Origin: Marsupella aquatica
Taxonomy: Eukaryota; Plantae; Marchantiophyta
Direction: 5' to 3'
Assembly: GCA_973895155.1 (NCBI GenBank)
Contig: OZ316893.1
Span: 26,710,798-26,774,797 of the forward strand
Length of the DNA stretch: 64,000 nucleotides
A model generated the notes under the pieces. That model did no database searches and was not told the DNA's origin. It worked only from the letters and a program-made list of their open reading frames with translations. The position numbers and the translations under genes are program-made. Below are positions 38,401-50,700 of this stretch, piece by piece (position 1 is the stretch's first letter; each line of letters begins with the position of its first letter).

Positions 38401-41400
38401 TGTCCACAATCCACTCATTGCCTCCACTTTCAGACAACGAACCTGTCATATTCCAGAAGCCAGGCAACGACTGCTGCAGACATCGCTTTTTCTGTTCGCT
38501 AAGGTTTACTCTTATATCCATAAGAAAGCTGCATGGCACACCACAGAAGCAGGGAAGGAATGCTGTTGGGAAACGGAACTAAGTTGCATATAAAGTACAG
38601 GGCTCAGGACGAGGTTCCATTCAGGTTCTCGAGAAGAGATCGGGGCCGTTTACCTAAAACCGTGGCCAAACGTTTATCTTGTTTTGCTTGGCTCACCTGG
38701 AAAGACGGTAGCCCTAGATTGTGGAAAAGTTCAATTGCGCCTAAGTCAGTCATCTGCCTACAACAGGGTTAGCGTTAGGTTTTATCCTCATGTTTTAGCT
38801 TCAAAGTGAATTGGACGAGGGTAATTTTGCTGCTCCTGGATGTTAAAGAAGCTCGAACTCTGCTTGGGAATGTTTTCGAGTGTATTGAATTACACGTCAT
38901 TTTCTGGCTTTACTGAGCTTAAGGAGACGTGCGTCTGAATATGTGCTGCAACTTGAAGGAGTGTGCTTTGATGTTTGTTCATGAGTGTTTTTGACAAACT
39001 CTATTGATGTGGCTTTTGCTTGCAGGCTTACGTTTTTTTGAAGAAATTCCTGATGGCTTTCCGTCTCAGGTAATCATTTTGTAGGTTTGTATATAATCTT
39101 TAGTTTAAGAGTCTGCAGAGTGCTCAAGTTACCTAATATTAATTACGACCAATGGGTACCTTGTCGTAGCAGGTCACTAGGAGAGTGGTGCGTTACAAAG
39201 AAATGACGGTTTGCCTGACCGATGAAAAGGTTGTTGCCTAATAAGGGATTACTTAGCAAGAATTATCTAACAGGGGTGATGGTTAAGGAATAAGTGTCTG
39301 AAAGATCCCTGACAACAAAGTGAATTACAATGCAAAACAAGATGAGTAGTCGACGGGAGGTTTCTGTGCTAGTATAGCAGTCGGCCGCTAGAGGTTGACT
39401 CTACCACGATGTAGAAAATAAACCAGGTAGAATCAGGTCAACCGCTGGGGAGACAGATTATAACAAATACAGGATGCCAAATGTATGCGAAAGAACATTC
39501 AGAGGGTCTTCCCAATCTGACATATGTTTCTATTCTAGTTGCACCCTATGTCGTGCAAGTGTAGCTTGGAATGAATTGTTACGAAAGGGACAAGATATCA
39601 TTTGCTGGGGCACTCTGTTGCAGAAGTCGCTCTTAATTCTCCACAAGTTATGCTATTTGCATGCTAGGTCAAATCTCTTAGTCGTGCCATTCGTCCGGAA
39701 TGACTTTGTCAAACGTTTTACTTATTGAAAACTGTATCGGTGGGTCACAGAGCCGGTACAAGGCATGGAAAGCAATTGGAGTAGTGGAAGCGTCATGTGC
39801 AGACATCTTCGAACTGGTGATGGGCATGGATGAGACTCGCTATGAGTATGTCTTTTCTCAAATGTTTCGCTCTTGCGATGATTTTGTCTTACGATGCTTG
39901 CAAAAAAATTGAAGGACCACTGAAAGTTTTGTCCAAAATTGGGACGATTTTTTAATTTTCACCTAGTTCTCCAACGCTGAGTCGCTGATATTCTCCCGTT
40001 GACCTGGAGTTGGTTAATTGGTTTTTGAACGGCAGGAAAAATGCCTCCCGTATATTTTGAATGTCACTATTATAGATTTTATCTGTTCATTACCCGAAAA
40101 GTACAGAAGGAGTCAAGCTGTCGTATTTATTCGAAGCGCAGTTCGAGCCCATCTAGGCAGTAATTATTCGAAGGCGCAGTTCGAGCCCAGTATTAACGGC
40201 TCTCCTTAGTGGCATTTGTCAAGCTGGCCTCTCAGACGTATCACTGACACTACGTGGGGAACTAACGACTTTGAAATCTTATGATAACGTTGCAGATGGG
40301 ATGCCAGCTTTCATCATGGGAGTCTGGTTGAGACAGTTGATGGACACACTGCTATCTTGTACCACCGACTGGAATTAGATTGGTTTCCTACGTAAGATTT
40401 ACTTATTCCATTATGCCTGCTTTTAACCTCGAAGGTGCCACCCAAGTTCATGGCCGTTCACATTTCAAGGATGCTCCATGAAATCTTTGTTGAGCTCTAC
40501 TGTCCTCGGGCGACGGAAAAATAATTCGCAAGCCCTCTTTTTGTTTGTGGGAGTTGCAAGACTATCGAAAAGGATGGCACGGTTTACCCTTGGCTTTCTG
40601 ATGCTCGTAGACTTGAGCCAGATCATAGTTCTTCTCATTAGAGAGAATGAATTCATGAATTGTATAGTTCACGATTCCTGGGGAGATGGGACAGAACGTA
40701 CAAGGCAGCAGTATGCCAAAACAAAAGTGGTCGAGTACAGTTCAAGGACTGAAGACTATAGTTCATTTCTGGGCCGAAATGGTGCTCTTGTGTGGTAGTT
40801 GAGGCAAATTTAGTAAAATAATTGTGACTGGTCACTAGGAGAGCAATCCGTACTGAATCTGGATAGGTAATATAGACATCTTTCTGGAATTTTGTGCAAT
40901 GCGTGTGCTGATCTTATAGTAGGTATGTTTTGAAATGTTTTATTCGTTGACTGCTCGTTGAGACATGGTATTGCATCTGATAGGGGTCATTTGCTATCCT
41001 GTGAAGGTTTATATGGCCTCGTGATCTTTGCTACACTCGGTATTGGCGGCGCAATGATGACGGTAGCTATGGTACGCGATAATGTTTAGATGAGTCTGTC
41101 CCTTCATCGTGGAAATTGTCGTTATATGAATGCTGTTAATTGCAGGTTAAGTTCCAGAGTCCTGTCAAAGAATTTCGATTTTGATCATCTCGAGAAATCT
41201 TCGAGTTCCACAAAACCAGATTTTCTTTGATGGGTCGCAAAGATCAGAGTTTGGTTCTCGTCCAAGCGTAGCTTAAGGGACATTTTAAAATAATTTTCCT
41301 GTCTTTTCTGGCTGCAGTAATACTCTTTCGTTCCAAGGAGCATCCAAGTTGTCCTGAGCAGCCTGGTTGTGTTCGGGCTCACTTAGAAAGTATGTTCTGT

Positions 41401-44400
41401 ATTCTTTATTTGAGTTATCATGCAAACCAGAACATAGCACTGCGCAAGTCTGAAAACTTTTCTGGGTCACTGATTAAGCTTCAATTCAGAAGGTTGCAGC
41501 AGACCTTATTTGATGCGGGGATTTTGTCTACCATGTTAGGCCTTCGTATCCAGGTTTTTCCAGGTGAAAAAGCCTGTGCAATGTTTTAGCTTTTCACATT
41601 CCTTCCTCTTGGCTTATGTAGGTGGGGGTTATCAAATTTCCCCTCTTGAACCCCGTGCTGGAGGGGAGCTGCCCAGAGCTCGAGTGCAGCAGACAGTGGA
41701 AATTGATCTGAAGGGCTGGGGTGTTGGTGTTCTTCCTTTCTGCCATCAACACACTGTAATCCAAATGCTGAATAGTGTTGCTGGTAATTGCCCTACCCGA
41801 AGAGTTTTTATGTGCTTCATGCTGCAATGCTCCCATTTCCTAAGTTGGATTTCGGGCATTGTGGAGGGATTCACTGAAGATGTAATGTTGGAAATCTCGA
41901 TATGCAACTGAAACAATTTCAAATTTTTTAGTTTCATTCTGAGGATCTTTGAAATTATCTGCCTAGCTTGTTAATATAGAAAGCTGGAGTTTGTTTCCGC
42001 TTTCATCCCAGAGTATACTTGGGAGTCTCTTATATGTGGTGGAGGAAAAAGAGCTCATCTGAATTGAAAGGGATTTGTAGCAAGACATGGATTTATTTTA
42101 TTTTAGGAAGCAATTGCCATGACTTACAGGTCGAGACTTTGTGTAAGAAATATCGGGTCCACTTTTTGCTACATTTGGAAGGCATTTCTGCATTTATATT
42201 TATCACTCTTGTTCTAAAATGGGAATGTTCATTTTGGGACTAGGGTCTCTCATATTTGTCTTGGTTTAGATGACCAATGAGAGAGAATCATAGGGAGTGA
42301 ATGCTACGGAAATATGGTTCTGAAGCTTTTTGCTCCTTGAACCTGCACAGGACTTCGAGAGTGGTTTGCAGAAGGCCAGCCCATTCCAACCCAAAGAATC
42401 GTCCAAATGAACACTGAATTAGCTGAAGCCAGGAAGGAGAGGAAACTTTCTCTCATTATTGATAAGAGCCCATCTATTGATGCTATACAGTATGAAGACT
42501 CTGAAGATGAGGATGACTATGGGACTCCCCATGTGTCAGAAGACAATGAGAATCATGATGTATGTTTCTTTCCATTGCATGCTTCTGCATCTTTGGTTGC
42601 TCAGGTTTTCCTTTTATGATCATGTTACTTTTGGTGAAGACTGGTGACGTAAACCATAATTTGCTGAAAACAAAGAAGGTTTCATTATTAATTACTTCGA
42701 AATAAATTTATGTTCAGACTAGACCAGAGTTTCACAGGTATTTTTTGTCCCTGGCCTGTTGCAGCTTGTCGTGTGTTCTCCGCCATACAAGGAGAAATTT
42801 GCGCCAGGTGGGTTTGGCATGCTCATTCTGACGAACATCAACGTGTTTTGTCCTATCATTCAATATTGTTTGTGATATATTTGTGGAGAGTAAGAAAAGT
42901 TGATTATCTTGAAAACTTCCAACTAATTACTTTCCTTGCAGTTAGTCCTGCTGACGAGGAGCCTGCAGAACCTTTCGACTTGTCAATATTTTCTGGTACA
43001 TTAAAACGTGGTGATGTCGATATTGGTCGGAATTGCTGGAGCATTCCGAGTGGCCATCTTTTCAGAGTCCGTAGCAAGCGCTTCCTTGTCGACAGATCAA
43101 AGGTAATTTCAATTCAACTTCGCGGGGATCTTCCGTGCAGCTTAGATGTATGAAAGTGTAAATCATATTTCTGCTAGCAGTCTTGACATCTCAAGGTTGG
43201 ACAAGGGCTTGACTTCATCCCGCTTAGCAGAGATCTGGTCAGGACTGTAAAAGTCCTCTCTAATTTGTTCATCATATTTTAAAAATTATCTGAACGAAAA
43301 TGCAGTGTCCAGCTGGAGATCCTCTGCTTGAGCTTGTCACAGTTGATTGGTTTAAAGATACTAAGCGTATGGACCACCTAGCACGTCGGAAAGGCTGTGC
43401 TGTCCAGGTGACTATTCCAAAGCTTTTGTTTATTTTCATGTCAAAGGTGATATGGTTCGTGGCAATGTGCTTAAGATTATGTTCTCATGAGCACGACTTG
43501 CAGAGTTCGCGAGTTTTTTCCCGATAGTTGGTTTTGACTCGTTTACCAAACTCTGGAAAATGTGGTGTTTGGAAATTACAGGTTGCAGCAGAAAAAGGTC
43601 ACTTTACGATTGCTTTCAACATGCAGGTACCTGCATTCTCGACTTGCCTGTAAATCTGACGATGTTATATTGCCGAAGCCTGCTCGCCTTATGCTAATGT
43701 ATAACAATCACCAGCCACTGACAGAGCTATCTTCACTGTATATACCAATAATTTCTTGATATTTGTCAATTGACGCAGGTCCCAGGATCTACACATTACA
43801 GCATGGTTTTCTACTTTGTGGCAAGGAAGCCTATACCTGAAGGATCTCTGTTAAGTAGGTTTATTGACGGAGATGACAGTTACCGCAATTGTCGCCTGAA
43901 GCTTATCCCCTCGGTCCCAAAGGTCTGTATCTATCTTCATTTATTATTTTCTCAGGAATGTCGATTTTATTGTACGAAATTCCTGTTCGTCCACTATATA
44001 TTTATGAATATTGTTATGTCATCTGCAGGGATCATGGATAGTAAGACAGAGTGTGGGCAGCACTCCTTGCATCCTCGGGAAGGCTGTTGATTGCACATAT
44101 TACCGTGGTTCAAATTATCTTGAGGTACATGTTTGATTGTGTGTATGATAGCATAGTATGAATCTAGTATAAGATCCTGATCCAACCCAGGGAAGTGTGT
44201 CAATGCAGCAAGCGAACTCATATTTTTGCATTAATTTTCACCTACATTAAGATTGTCGCCATATGTTCAGTTGTAGTTCTCGGTCGTCTGCACAAATCCT
44301 TAATGAGTATATGGTCTATCATTATTCCAAGCTCATAGTAAGAAACTGAAAAAACGTTGATTTGTGATGAGAATATTTTTGGCTGAGAGGAGAAGACCAT

Positions 44401-44875
44401 TAAGGAGAGGACATTTGGGCGCTGTTTTGAAAGTAGGTCCAATTGAAATGGTTGATATATTTTACAGGTGGACGTTGATATTGGCTCCTCCACAGTTGCC
44501 AATGGAGTGTTGGGACTTGTTTTTGGTGTTGTCACCTCATTAGTGGTTGACATGGCTTTCCTCATTCAGGTTGTTACCTCTACTCCTCTACGTTCCCGGA
44601 CGTAATATGCACCGCTTTAGATTTGCACCAGGGATTCTTGCGGTTCTATCCAGTTCCTAGTTTTCTCGATGTGATCTTTAACCAAGTATGCACATATATT
44701 CCTTACATTCTTCGATTCTTTCATTGAAAGGTGGACGCCTGTCTCCAAGCTAATATGACATTCGTTGTATCAGGGAAATTCCCCAGATGAGTTGCCGGAA
44801 CATTTAATAGGAGCGGTACGAATTTCCCAACTTGAGCTGTCATATGCAGTTTCGCCGGATGATACAGAACCTTGA
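35489..44875 (+). CDS. EDR2: ENHANCED DISEASE RESISTANCE 2-like protein (PH - START - DUF1336/EDR2_C), ~21 exons
   Basis: N-terminus MTKPKIEGLMYRYGRRRIGRSYFHKRYFVLE matches the EDR2 PH start. START exons: WRLVRCQNGLRFFEE, WKAIGVVEASCADIFELVMGMD, WPRDLCYTRYWRRNDDGSYVILFRSKEH, GGYQISPL. C-terminal exons: NCWSIPSGHLFRVRSK, FIDGDDSYRNCRLKLIPSV, GSWIVRQSVGSTPCILGKAV, YLEVDVDIGSSTVANGVLGLV, GNSPDELPEHLIGAVRI..EP* (TGA 44873-44875). Introns are GT-AG. Confidence 0.93.
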
Positions 44876-45344
44876 ATGATGGCGGTCCTGAGCTGCTGCG
44901 CTATTTCTAATTCTTTTGAACTTTGCAGAGTGTTGTAATGCTCCTGCAATGTTGTAAATAATTGGCACACGAAGCCAATTCTGAGGGCTTGTCTAGTTTG
45001 TTGTAGAACGGTGAGTGTTGAACCAGTGGGCAGAAGTGGGACCAATTCCAGTCGACAAGTCTGCAGCTTCATTGATTGACTCGAGCGAAGCAGGAGGATT
45101 GCCATTTTTATCAGCCAGTGGAGTGCGGTGGGAATCCGTTGTCAAGTAGACATACTGGTTTGATGGACAGCTATCACTGTCAGTCGCTGATCGAGTATAT
45201 CTAAAATGATAATGATGTGTATCAAAGATATAAACGTTCTTTTATGTAGATCATTGGTCCTCTTATGTCGTCCAGCTTTCACGCTGCCATGCCCCTTTTT
45301 GCCCCGGTTAAGGACTGGATTTTTAGTTTGAAGACTGGAGATGC

Positions 45345-45590
45345 GGTCCTGAGGGTTGGCATGCCCTGTTGTACTATCCTTTTAGGATAGGACGGAAGTG
45401 GGACCTATCCTCTACTCAGTCTAGAATGCCACTACCTGATCGGATCCATCTTCGAAGTTGGAGTCTGAAAACTCGAGAGTACCTTATTGGGATATCAGAC
45501 CAGTGAGTGGGGATTCAACCCGCGCACATTTTTTACTTGGCATCTTCCAGTCAGCCATTTCACCTTGGAACCTTCCGAGCTGTGATATAT
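45345..45590 (+). repeat. Left arm of a long inverted repeat (partners at 57775-57945 and 58390-58450)
   Basis: 45425-45590 is the diverged reverse complement of 57775-57945. The ORF track shows the matching peptides FQGEMADWKMPSKKC and FQGKMADWKIPSKKC on opposite strands. 45348-45400 matches the reverse complement of 58390-58450. Confidence 0.8.
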
Positions 45591-47025
45591 CTAGCTCTGG
45601 CACATTAGCAATCGTTTCAAATATTAATTCCTCAGTACACGTGTACTGGCCAAAGTGTCCCCAAAGCAAATTAGCTCTCATTTATTGTGGTCGTCCCCGT
45701 ATCGATTGTGCCAAAAGTGAGTTGTTGTGCAGACAGAAATCGTGGCCTATTAGGAATATGTAGATGGGGTTATGAACTAATGACCTCTTGTAAATGCTAT
45801 ACATGAAGTTGAAAAGGGCTCTGTTTCAAGTACTACTAGACTGCCGAGGCCATGTATTGGCGAGTAGTTGAGAAATACTAGACGTGGTTCATCTTGGTTT
45901 TGAACTGGAGTAGTGGCGTGTGGCACTTGAATTGTTCCCACTGGCTTGCATCCATGCTACTAAGTACAATGCATGCTTGTTTAGGTCTTTCACGTTGGGA
46001 GGATCAAGAAACCATGGCTCTGACTAATTGCAACTCATCACAACTAGAAAACTGAGTTGCCGCACTCACCACTATGATTATCGGTACATCATGTCCTTTC
46101 TTGGCTCCTCATGATGCAAAAGCCAGCAGGAGAAGACCAAAGAATTTCACTCGGAAACGCCTTGGGGTTTCTGAATCGCCCCAATAAAGCGTTTCCAAGT
46201 GAAATTTGCCCCAATAAAGGATATGAGTAGGCAGCCTGGTCCAGGTGAGTTCCTAATGTCAGATGAACGATGATCTACGACCGATGAAACCTTGGAAATC
46301 GGTCAACAAAGGTTTCGAAATCTGATGATCGAGGACCAATTTCCAAAAGCTGCCGATCATTGATCAACAAAGGTGCTAAAGAATTGATGGGATCGTACTT
46401 TATTCTTGAAGAAACTATGGGTATGATTTATTTGGAGGGAGCCTGATGTGCTGTGCAAGCAGTCACGAAGCCTCTGGAAGGAACCTCGCATGAACTGGAG
46501 CACTCATGGACCCACCGAAAGGAACCGTGCCGAAACTGGAGCATGGGTCCATCTTGTGGAATGTGCCACTGCCCCTACAGTTAGTGTAACCAGCCACCAT
46601 TGACCCGCTCAAAGAAACTTGGAATTGGAGCACTGGCCAGTCTTGTGCAGTGTTCGTCTCCCCCTACAATTTGTGTAATGTCTTGTTCTACTATTGCTAT
46701 AGCACTCGTTGCTGTTGGGCTTCATTTCTACTATGGTGGCAGTCCCATTGCCTGTAGCACTACTGCCTTTGGTCAACCTGGGCATCTCCCTGTCAGGATG
46801 CCCTGCTTATAGAAATCAATGAAATCTTTCAAGGCAAAAGAGACAGGGATCTTGGAATGCACAAGTTAAACTACTACAGAGATTGATTCTATCACGAACT
46901 CATCAAAAATACTACAGAAGATTGATTGCTTGGAGTGTTCCCACACTCACTAACTAAAAAATCTTGCATTCAAAGATGGTGATATATATCTTCTTACTAG
47001 CCCCATGCCCGTGCGTTGCACGAAA

Positions 47026-47500
47026 GATGTCGAGTGATAAAAATATGTCGAGTGATATAAATATGTCGAGGTGATAAAAGGATGTCGAGTGATATAAATA
47101 TGTCAAGGTGATAAAAGGATGTCGAGTGATATAAATATGTCAAGGTGATAAAAGGATGTCGAGTGATATAAATATGTCAAAGTGATAAAAGGATGTCGAG
47201 TGATATAAATATGTCGAGGTGATAAAAGGATGTCGAGTGATATAAATATGTCAAGGTGATAAAAGGATGTCGAGTGATATAAATATGTCAAAGTGATAAA
47301 AGGATGTCGAGTGATATAAATATGTCGAGGTGATAAAAGGATGTTGAGTGATATAAATATGTCAAAGTGATAAAAGGATGTCGAGTGATATAAATATCTC
47401 GAGGTGATAAAAGGATCTCAAGTGATATAAATATCTCGAGGTGATAAAAGGATCTCGAGGTGATAAAAGGATGTTGAGTGATACAAAGAAGACAGTCGAG
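47026..47500. repeat. 37-bp minisatellite (two related 18/19-bp subunits) at the Helitron 3' subterminus
   Basis: About 12 copies of gatgtcgagtgatataaatatgtcRaRgtgataaaag, degenerating toward 47500. Confidence 0.92.
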
Positions 47501-47703
47501 TGATTAAACATGTTGAGATGAGCAAAAGATATTGAGATGAGCAAAACATGTCCATGAGAGAAAAAATGTTTAAGCGAGGCACAAATGTCAAGGTCATAAA
47601 ATATGTCATGGGATATGGAAAGCATGATGAAAATGAAATACATGCGCAAAATACAAATTATATGAAGACATTGATACCATACTCATGCCAACTTTATTCA
47701 CGT

Positions 47704-50700
47704 TCAATAAAGAACTTCATCATATACAACATTTTTGGTCAACCCTGCATGACCCTCCTCGGAATCTGGAAGCAAAACCTTAATACTTCTAGGCGATGTT
47801 GCTCTTGAGAATGCTACGTACAACTGGGCGTGACTAAAAACAGGTTTTGAAAGCTGCAACCCTACATGTTCTAAAGTTTGACCTTGAGCCTTGTTGATGG
47901 TCATCGCATATGCCACTCGGATGGGAAACTGGACCCTACGTAATATAAAAGGAAGTGATTCATCAGACGTCAATGGAATGCGTGGGATGAACATAATAGT
48001 TCCGGCATATTTTCCTGCAAGGACTCGTGCCTCAATGACACGACGATTCATGGATCTCACAATGAGCCTTGTGCCATTACATAATCCAAGTGAGTGATCT
48101 ATATTCCTTAGCAAGATTATAGGGCATCCAACCTTCAGTACCAGCTTGTGAGGTGGTAAACCACTCGGTGTTAGCGTATTCAAGAACTCCGTAGGATAAA
48201 AATTCTCCCCTTCCAATTGATCTGGGCGATCGACGCTTAAAAACTCCTTTGACTCCCCAGGAAGTCCTTCTAGAATGCAATTGTTGATTTTGAGCGCCTC
48301 ATCATTGGTTGGCGCCAGGATAGTTCTCTCGCTTAAGAACTTATCATCCACGTTCAAAAAAGATGGGTAGATTGCACTAATCAAAGATTCCACACGTCCT
48401 CCCTCCACCACCATAGACTCCGGACATGTAATAAGGTTATTTGAAGATCCTTGCTTTGGGAGTTTGTCATCGCCCAATGCAAGAAGCCACTCTGCAAATG
48501 TAAGATTGCCAAACTCAGGAGACGCCAAAGTTCCTCTTGCCCGCATATTCTCTGATAGTTTATACGTTTGTATACTACTCCAGATGTAAGATTTCTTCAA
48601 ACACGACCCCACAATCTCCGGACGACTGGCCCTTGCCTTCACAGGAAGTACTTGTCGAAAATCTCCTGCAAACACAACCACAACTCCTCCAAAAATTTGG
48701 TCACAATCTCGTATGTCACGTAGCGTTCTATCCAACGCCTCAACTCCATGCCGATGGATCATGGGTGCTTCATCCCATAAAATAAAAGTTGCCCTCCGTA
48801 ACAATCCACCAAGGTCAGATTGTTTTTGAACAGCACACGTTGATGTTGAGATCGGTTTCAACGGAAGCTTGAATCGTGAGTGGGCAGTGCGCCCTCCATC
48901 TAACAAAAGACCTGCAATACCCGAGGAAGCCACAGCCAATGCCACATCCCCATCAGCACGCACTCTCCTCAATAGAATATTCTCCACAAATGTTTTGCCT
49001 GTCCCCCCTGGCCCATCAACAAAAAATGTTCCTCCATCTCGAGCCCTCACTGCTGCAAGTATTGCAGTGTAGGCTGCCCTTTGGCCGTCGTTTAATAACG
49101 GCTCTTGTTCTGCAAGTTGTTGAAGAAGTACATCAATCGGGTAGCATGTCTCCTCCCGTATCAAGCGATTCCTATTTTCTGGTTCTTCAAAAAATTGCAT
49201 ACTTGGAACCGGAAGACCAAACCCCAACAATGTTTTACCAATACTTTTCAAAGCCTCGTCGATCAAATATAGGGCAAAGCTCTGTTGTTGCTCCTCAGTG
49301 GGATCCAAAAAACCCATTGAGCGCAGACGATAACAACAATCATCGCTCAAATTCGATGCATGTTGGGTCCATAGGTCACATGGTCTAGCAACACCTCCAA
49401 ATAACATGATTGTGATGAATAGTTGTCGAAGTTGTGCGCCGGTCTGCATACTGGCCGCTTCTTGAAGACATCTATCCCATTCTTCATCGTTCTCATACAA
49501 ACCCCGAGCAAGAGCCGTTGCCTGAAAAGTTGGGTATACAATGCCCTCAAAAGTCCTAAGGTCAACGAATGATGTTGCACCTTTGACATGAAGTAGAAGT
49601 GCTCGCAAGTAGTATCGTTCCCCCGCAGCAAGTGGCACAAAATACATCCTTCCAATGCTAAACCCCCTTCTTCGAGGAGTCCATGCACGTATTGTCGGAT
49701 TCCATACAAAGTCATGAGGGAAGTTTGTATACAGAATCTGCCTCGCGTGTTCGTGCAAAGCATTTGCTTTGAACCACCCAGTTAGAGTTGGATCCCTTTG
49801 AGATTCTTGTTGGACCACATCAATGATCTCAGAATCTTCATGAAACATAATTGATTGTTCCCCCTCGCAATGCACCTGCAGCCGTTGCACCAAAGTACTA
49901 CTCTCCGACATTTCAAATTGATTAATCCGCCATACTCCTTCTGCAGCAGACACATACCTAGCATCTAAATGCTCTTTTATTTCATCACGCTGCTCTACCT
50001 CCACTGTTGCTTTATCATGCCCTTTGTAGCAGTACTTATATAAGTACTTAATGGCTTTGATAGAGCAACATATCTCCACATTAATATGAGCGTTGTATTT
50101 CATGCTCAAATACGGACTATGAGGAACAACCCACCTATTATCAAACTTAAACCCGCTTCTGTCCTTTGTGAAATTGCGCCCATCATCTCGACGCCGATAC
50201 ATGGGATACCCATCATCCCCAAAAACTGTTTCAATTGAAAATGGTCGAGGGTAGCCCTTGCTACACTGTCCATCGACCATGCAAGGCGAGTTGGGGTACC
50301 CCCGACCACACGGTCCATGCATCATGCATTTTGTTATAGTCTGAAATAATTGTGGATACACCCTCACGTCCGGTATCTCTGCAAAAACTAATTGGTCCAC
50401 CAACTCTGGTGTGCGTAGTTTATGGCGTTCAACCAATATGATCAAAATGTGGGCATGCGGCAAACCTCTCTTTTGAAACTCGATGACATACATAGAGGCA
50501 ACAGGTCTACCTAAGACCCCTGCACGAATGTCCGCCAAAAGTGCCTTCAACTTGAGTTTGAACACTCGAGCAACAATGTCATCCCGATCGGCCGGGGTCT
50601 GATAGGTGTAGCACTCCGCTCTGACTTCTGGCCATTCAGGATTGCACGTAAATGTGGTAAAAAGGTCAGGGGGACCATACGTGCGTACAATAGCCATGGC

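Noticed and set aside
47026-47500. CRISPR-like array
   Set aside because: Contiguous tandem units without unique spacers, no cas genes, eukaryotic context.
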